From positions 1 to 64,000 of the forward strand of contig CBDESZ010000013.1 in the NCBI GenBank assembly GCA_965242725.1: a DNA stretch of 64,000 bases, read 5' to 3'. The stretch's first letter is position 1, and each line of letters starts with the position of its first letter. This document shows, piece by piece, positions 60,149 to 64,000 of this stretch. Source of the DNA: Alkalispirochaeta sp. (lineage in GTDB: Bacteria; Spirochaetota; Spirochaetia; DSM-27196; Alkalispirochaetaceae). Position numbers and translations under genes: made by a program. Under the pieces are notes generated by a model. That model was given only the letters and a program-made list of their open reading frames with translations. It searched no databases and was not told where the DNA came from.

Positions 60149-61342
60149 TTAATTGAAGGAAACATCGTCATTCCGGCGCCGCAGCGTCACGCCGTTGCGG
60201 ATCACCAGTAACGGCGGCGCCGCGTTGGCGATCACTTCCCGGACGTTTTTACCTTCCAGAACGGTAATATCCGCCCCGCCCTTCGCGTTTATACCGCCCG
60301 CTCCGAGAGCGCGGCCAAAGAGTTCCTCCGCGTCGTCCGTCACCGTTCCGAGCAACTGTTCCCGTTCTTCCGCCGTAAAGAATCGATGGACGTAGGCGAG
60401 AAGCTGAACGATGTGAAGCACGTGTGCTCCGCCGAGGGGATTGAAAAAGTCGCCCACGTTATCGGAGCCGAGGTTGACGGGAAGCCCCGCGGAGAGGAGC
60501 GCCTTTGACACGGTGAGATTTCGCGTGGAAATCGCCGTCGGTGCAATGATAAAACGCAGCCCCGCGTCCTTTGACAGCGCGATTGTATCGTTCACGGTTT
60601 TGTCGTCCATCGCTGAAAGGGAACAGGCGTGAATCGCGTTGACCTTCCCCTGCAGCTTTTTCTGCATGACCTGTCCCGCCAGATAGGGCAGGAGAAAGTG
60701 TTCCGCCTTTCCCGACTCGTCCACGTGAAAATCACAGGTCACCCCGAACTCCCGGGCGATATCGAGAATTGTGTCTATGTGACCTTCACCGTCTTTGTCG
60801 ATGATCGTGTGTCCACCGACACCGTCTCCGCCGAGTTTCAGCGCCTCCCTGAGCAGCCGGGGCGTATCGGGATAGTTGAACACCCCTTCCTGGGCAAAGG
60901 GCACGACCTGAATCTGTACCGCTTCCTTCAACTCCTCCCGCAGCCGCAACAACGCCCGGACCCCCCGCAACTCAACGATGGGGTCCACGTCCACGTTTGT
61001 ACGAATGGCAATCGTTCCGTTTCCGACGGCGCGAACGATGACGGAGCGGGCGTTCCGATAGATATCCTCTTCCGTAAGTTGAGCCTTCATCTCACGGGTG
61101 AGTCGTCCCTTGTCCGGAGGCGCGACATCCTGGTATTCCGCCCGGAGGGCGAGCATGGACTTGTCGAGATGCATGTGGGCATCGGCGAATCCGCCGATAA
61201 CCACGTTTCCCATTGCGTCAAAGTCACTCTCCGTGGCCGGTGTGCTTCCCGGCGGGGATACTCCGACGATGCGGGTCTCCACGATCTCGATATCCCTGAG
61301 CGTCCCCCCAAGATTCGCGTTCCGAATGAACATGCTTTTCAT
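60149..61342 (-). CDS. Amidohydrolase, cytosine deaminase (CodA)/AtzC-like
   Basis: DAHMHLDK, DFHVDE, AIHACS, GSDNVGDFFNPLG. Confidence 0.87.
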   Translation of the reverse strand: MKSMFIRNANLGGTLRDIEIVETRIVGVSPPGSTPATESDFDAMGNVVIGGFADAHMHLDKSMLALRAEYQDVAPPDKGRLTREMKAQLTEEDIYRNARSVIVRAVGNGTIAIRTNVDVDPIVELRGVRALLRLREELKEAVQIQVVPFAQEGVFNYPDTPRLLREALKLGGDGVGGHTIIDKDGEGHIDTILDIAREFGVTCDFHVDESGKAEHFLLPYLAGQVMQKKLQGKVNAIHACSLSAMDDKTVNDTIALSKDAGLRFIIAPTAISTRNLTVSKALLSAGLPVNLGSDNVGDFFNPLGGAHVLHIVQLLAYVHRFFTAEEREQLLGTVTDDAEELFGRALGAGGINAKGGADITVLEGKNVREVIANAAPPLLVIRNGVTLRRRNDDVSFN

Positions 61343-61347
61343 CGTCC

Positions 61348-62453
61348 CTATTTCTCGGCTATGACGGCGATGAGGTTTGAACCGCGCGGGCCCTGATGCT
61401 CCCATCCCGCCGATGCGAGAACCATGGAGTCTCCGACGAGGGAACCGACGACGCTGTTCACGACGGCCTTGGCGATAATGCCTGCATACCCGGCCAGAAA
61501 ATCAGAGTGCATGGTGTGACGGCGGCCGCGACAGTGGGGCAACGCGTTTGCTCCGGCGTTGATGAAGACGGCGGTGAGTTTCTCCCGCTCCGCGTCGGTG
61601 AGCTGATCTTCAATTTTGAGCCCGGCATCGCGAATTGTCTGCTTGGCGGCGGGCAGGTCCAGGGTATCTTTCATCACACCACTTGCGACGAAATGTCTGC
61701 TCACCGATCGTGTGGAGTTGCCGATGACCACCACGCGACACCCCGTCTGTTCGTTACCGGCGGAGGTCGTCGCAACCTTTGAATAGAGATCGAAATCGCT
61801 GTTGATCGACTGGTTGGTCACCTTCTCCCGAGGCACCTCTCCAAGGGCTACCGCCGCGCCTAATGCACATGCTCCCTTCGCGCGGTTTGACGCCTCCCCC
61901 GCATTGGTTGTGTACAGCGTCTTTCCCCGCCCCTGGGCGTCGGCCAATTCTGGCCGCCGTCATGGCCGGCATTTTTATGGAAACGCAGTGCACGTCTTCG
62001 GGCCCTTCAATGTGAGCCTCCTTCATCGCCTGATGCACCGCCTCGACGACGAGATCAACCTGGGTCTCCACGCCGTACTCTTCCGGATAGAGATCCCGTG
62101 TGGTGACGACACCCACGGCAAGCCGCTTGGTCCCCGGGCGCATCGATTTCCACTTCCCGCGTCGCAAATGCGACTGCGTGGGGGCTCATGATTCCCGGCG
62201 GTAAGGCCCGATCATCAGCATCGGAACTTTCTTGAAGACCTCTTCCTTGGAGAGACCCATCGGTCCGCTCAGAAGCTCCTCGTACGCCAGCGTTGCAAAA
62301 CCGCGGGAGTACACATCTCCTTCGGTTTGGGCGATAATCGCCCGCAGTTCATTTACGTTCAGTTTTTCCCGAATCAATAAGCTCGGCCATACCCGAAACG
62401 TCGTCGGGCGACGCCATGCCGTATCGAAAAACGTCTACATCAATGCCTTTCAT
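61348..62453 (-). CDS. Ring-opening amidohydrolase of the cyanuric acid hydrolase (AtzD)/barbiturase family, divergent; about 5 frameshifts
   Basis: Joined fragments: MKGIDVDVFRYGMASPDDVSG, QTEG, MSPH, KRLAVG..TRDLYPEEYG, DVHCVSIKMP, ALGAAVALGEV, TSAG, GVMKD, RGRRHTMHSD, SAGWEHQGP. Confidence 0.88.
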
Positions 62454-62464
62454 CTTTTCTCCTT

Positions 62465-63961
62465 CTACTGCTGTGATTTTTTTGTTTTCGATCCGTCTTT
62501 GTTCCCCGCCGCCTTTTCAGTCGCTTCATCCAGGGCTATAAGCGCATCGACAAATGGTTTCCAACGGTACTTCCGATACCCCGGCCCCGATCATTCCCAC
62601 GCCCGCTTCCCTGCTCGCAACGGCGGTGTTGATTTTCGGCCGCCTTTGCAGCTCCACAACGCTCATGACGTCAATACCGAGGGGCAATCCCCGCTCGCCG
62701 TTGAAGGCGGACCGATACCGGTCGTGCTCGCCGTGGCATATTTCATACATCTCTTCGGTTGGTGACGAGGGCATTCTCCGCTCCCTGCATCCCGAGAAAA
62801 GGAACAAGGGCGGGAGCGACTCCCATGGCAAAGGCGCCCATGCCAAGGACCTCAAGAATCGCGCTGTCGCCCAGGTCGGGGCACGCGTCTTCTTTGGAGT
62901 ATCCCGGAAAGAACAGCGCCTCAACAGGCGGTGCAGGGGGTCGTAAAACCACCGACCGGGGAGCCCGCTTATACGTATGCCCACCTCATACCCGTTTCGC
63001 GCAATCGCCGTGACGATACTGGAAGGGAATATGCCGTCCGCCGGCATCGGCAGCCGCCTTATTTGAAGCCATGACGAGGTTCAGGAAGAGCTGATCGTTC
63101 TTTCCGGAGAGAAAGCGCGATATGTCCTGGAGCACCTGCCGGGGAATTTCCTGGTTCACAAGTCGGGCGTAGAGGAAATCGCGAAACATGACCGTCGATG
63201 CGGCGTTACGCATGTGCAGCTCATCGCCCATTTGAAGCGCCCTGCCGATAAAGGAACCGAGATCGATGCCGCCCTCTTCCCGCAGCACCAGCTGTTTCAG
63301 CACCGGTGCGTAAACCTTCTCTATCCACCGAAGCCGTTCGATCGTCTCCTCTTCGTAGGCACCGAAAGCGGATGACGTTGCCCATCCCCTCGTTGATCGT
63401 GCTGTAGGCGGTGTTGCCGTATTTTTCGTTCCGAATTTCATACAACGGCATTGAAACCGAGGTGATGCCGGTCATCGGTCCCACCATGCCCGCTTCGTGA
63501 CATGGCCGGAAGGTAATCTCACCGCGTGCCGCTATTCGTTCCGCCTCTTCCGGGGTCGCCGCGACGCCTTCATAGATCAGGGCGGCATAGACCGCCCCCT
63601 TCATAGGCCCGCTCATATGTTCCCATGTAACCGGTGGCCCCGCGTGAAAGAGCGTATGGGCGTCGGCTTCAGGAACCACCTCACCCAGTGTCTTGATATC
63701 AACGAGTCGCGGCTCCGCCGATTTGAGGCGTTCCACCACTTCATCGTTTGCGTTACGAATCGCCTTCATTGCGCGTACCCGCTTCAGCCTTTTTTTCTCA
63801 TGCGTTTCGAGAATCGACTGAAGACGCTCATCGCCGCCGGCGGCAGGCTTCCAGTCCAGATGGACCACTTTCCGTCCCTGCTTCTCCAGGTCTTCCGCGA
63901 AGGATCTGATTCCGATATTCACCACTTTGAGTTCTTTACCAAACAGGTCTTTTATTGCCAT
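62465..63961 (-). CDS. DUF1116 protein, YahG-like with an N-terminal extension; multiple frameshifts
   Basis: N-terminal VVNIGIRSFAEDL..LDWKPAAGG, FHAGPP, NEGMG, MGDELHMRN, TAIARNG, FFPGYS..DLGDS, GVGMIGAG; corrected stop TAG at 62465-62467. Confidence 0.85.
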
Positions 63962-64000
63962 TGCCGTTCCCTCATTTCCCGCTTATCTTTCCGCCGACGA

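Noticed and set aside
61348..62453. Naming the gene atzD or barbiturase
   Set aside because: Family membership is clear, but several canonical catalytic and binding residues differ.

Overview
A ~60% GC bacterial chromosomal segment, very probably from a free-living spirochaete (Spirochaetales; inferred from the F-A-x-G-x-x-E type N-termini of its solute-binding proteins). It is densely coding, with about 62 genes. I found no tRNA, rRNA, CRISPR array, IS element or prophage. Main modules, in order: (1) a ROK-regulated enolase-superfamily gene with a TTT (TctCBA) transporter; (2) mixed housekeeping and signalling genes (MEDS/PAS-HisKA_2/REC, DUF952-GNAT, HPr, GlcD-like); (3) a candidate stand-alone sRNA at ~18.2-18.37 kb; (4) a GntR-regulated TRAP/SDR operon; (5) an orphan DctP plus histidine kinase pair; (6) AGT, icd and a YhdH-family reductase; (7) an MbhA-H-ordered Mrp-type antiporter operon headed by PII-like and PTS-EIIA genes; (8) an RND pump; (9) HAD, LarA-family and gnd; (10) a ~17 kb minus-strand cluster for N-heterocycle catabolism. 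That last cluster holds two DUF1116 paralogues, a divergent AtzD/barbiturase-family ring-opening amidohydrolase, two deaminase-type amidohydrolases, carbamate kinase, TAXI and TRAP transporters, tandem Lrp regulators and a lactate-permease-family carrier, and it is the best candidate for an undescribed pathway. Genes at both window ends are broken by single-base indels, mostly in homopolymers and most likely sequencing errors. Family calls come from my recognition of motifs, not from database searches.
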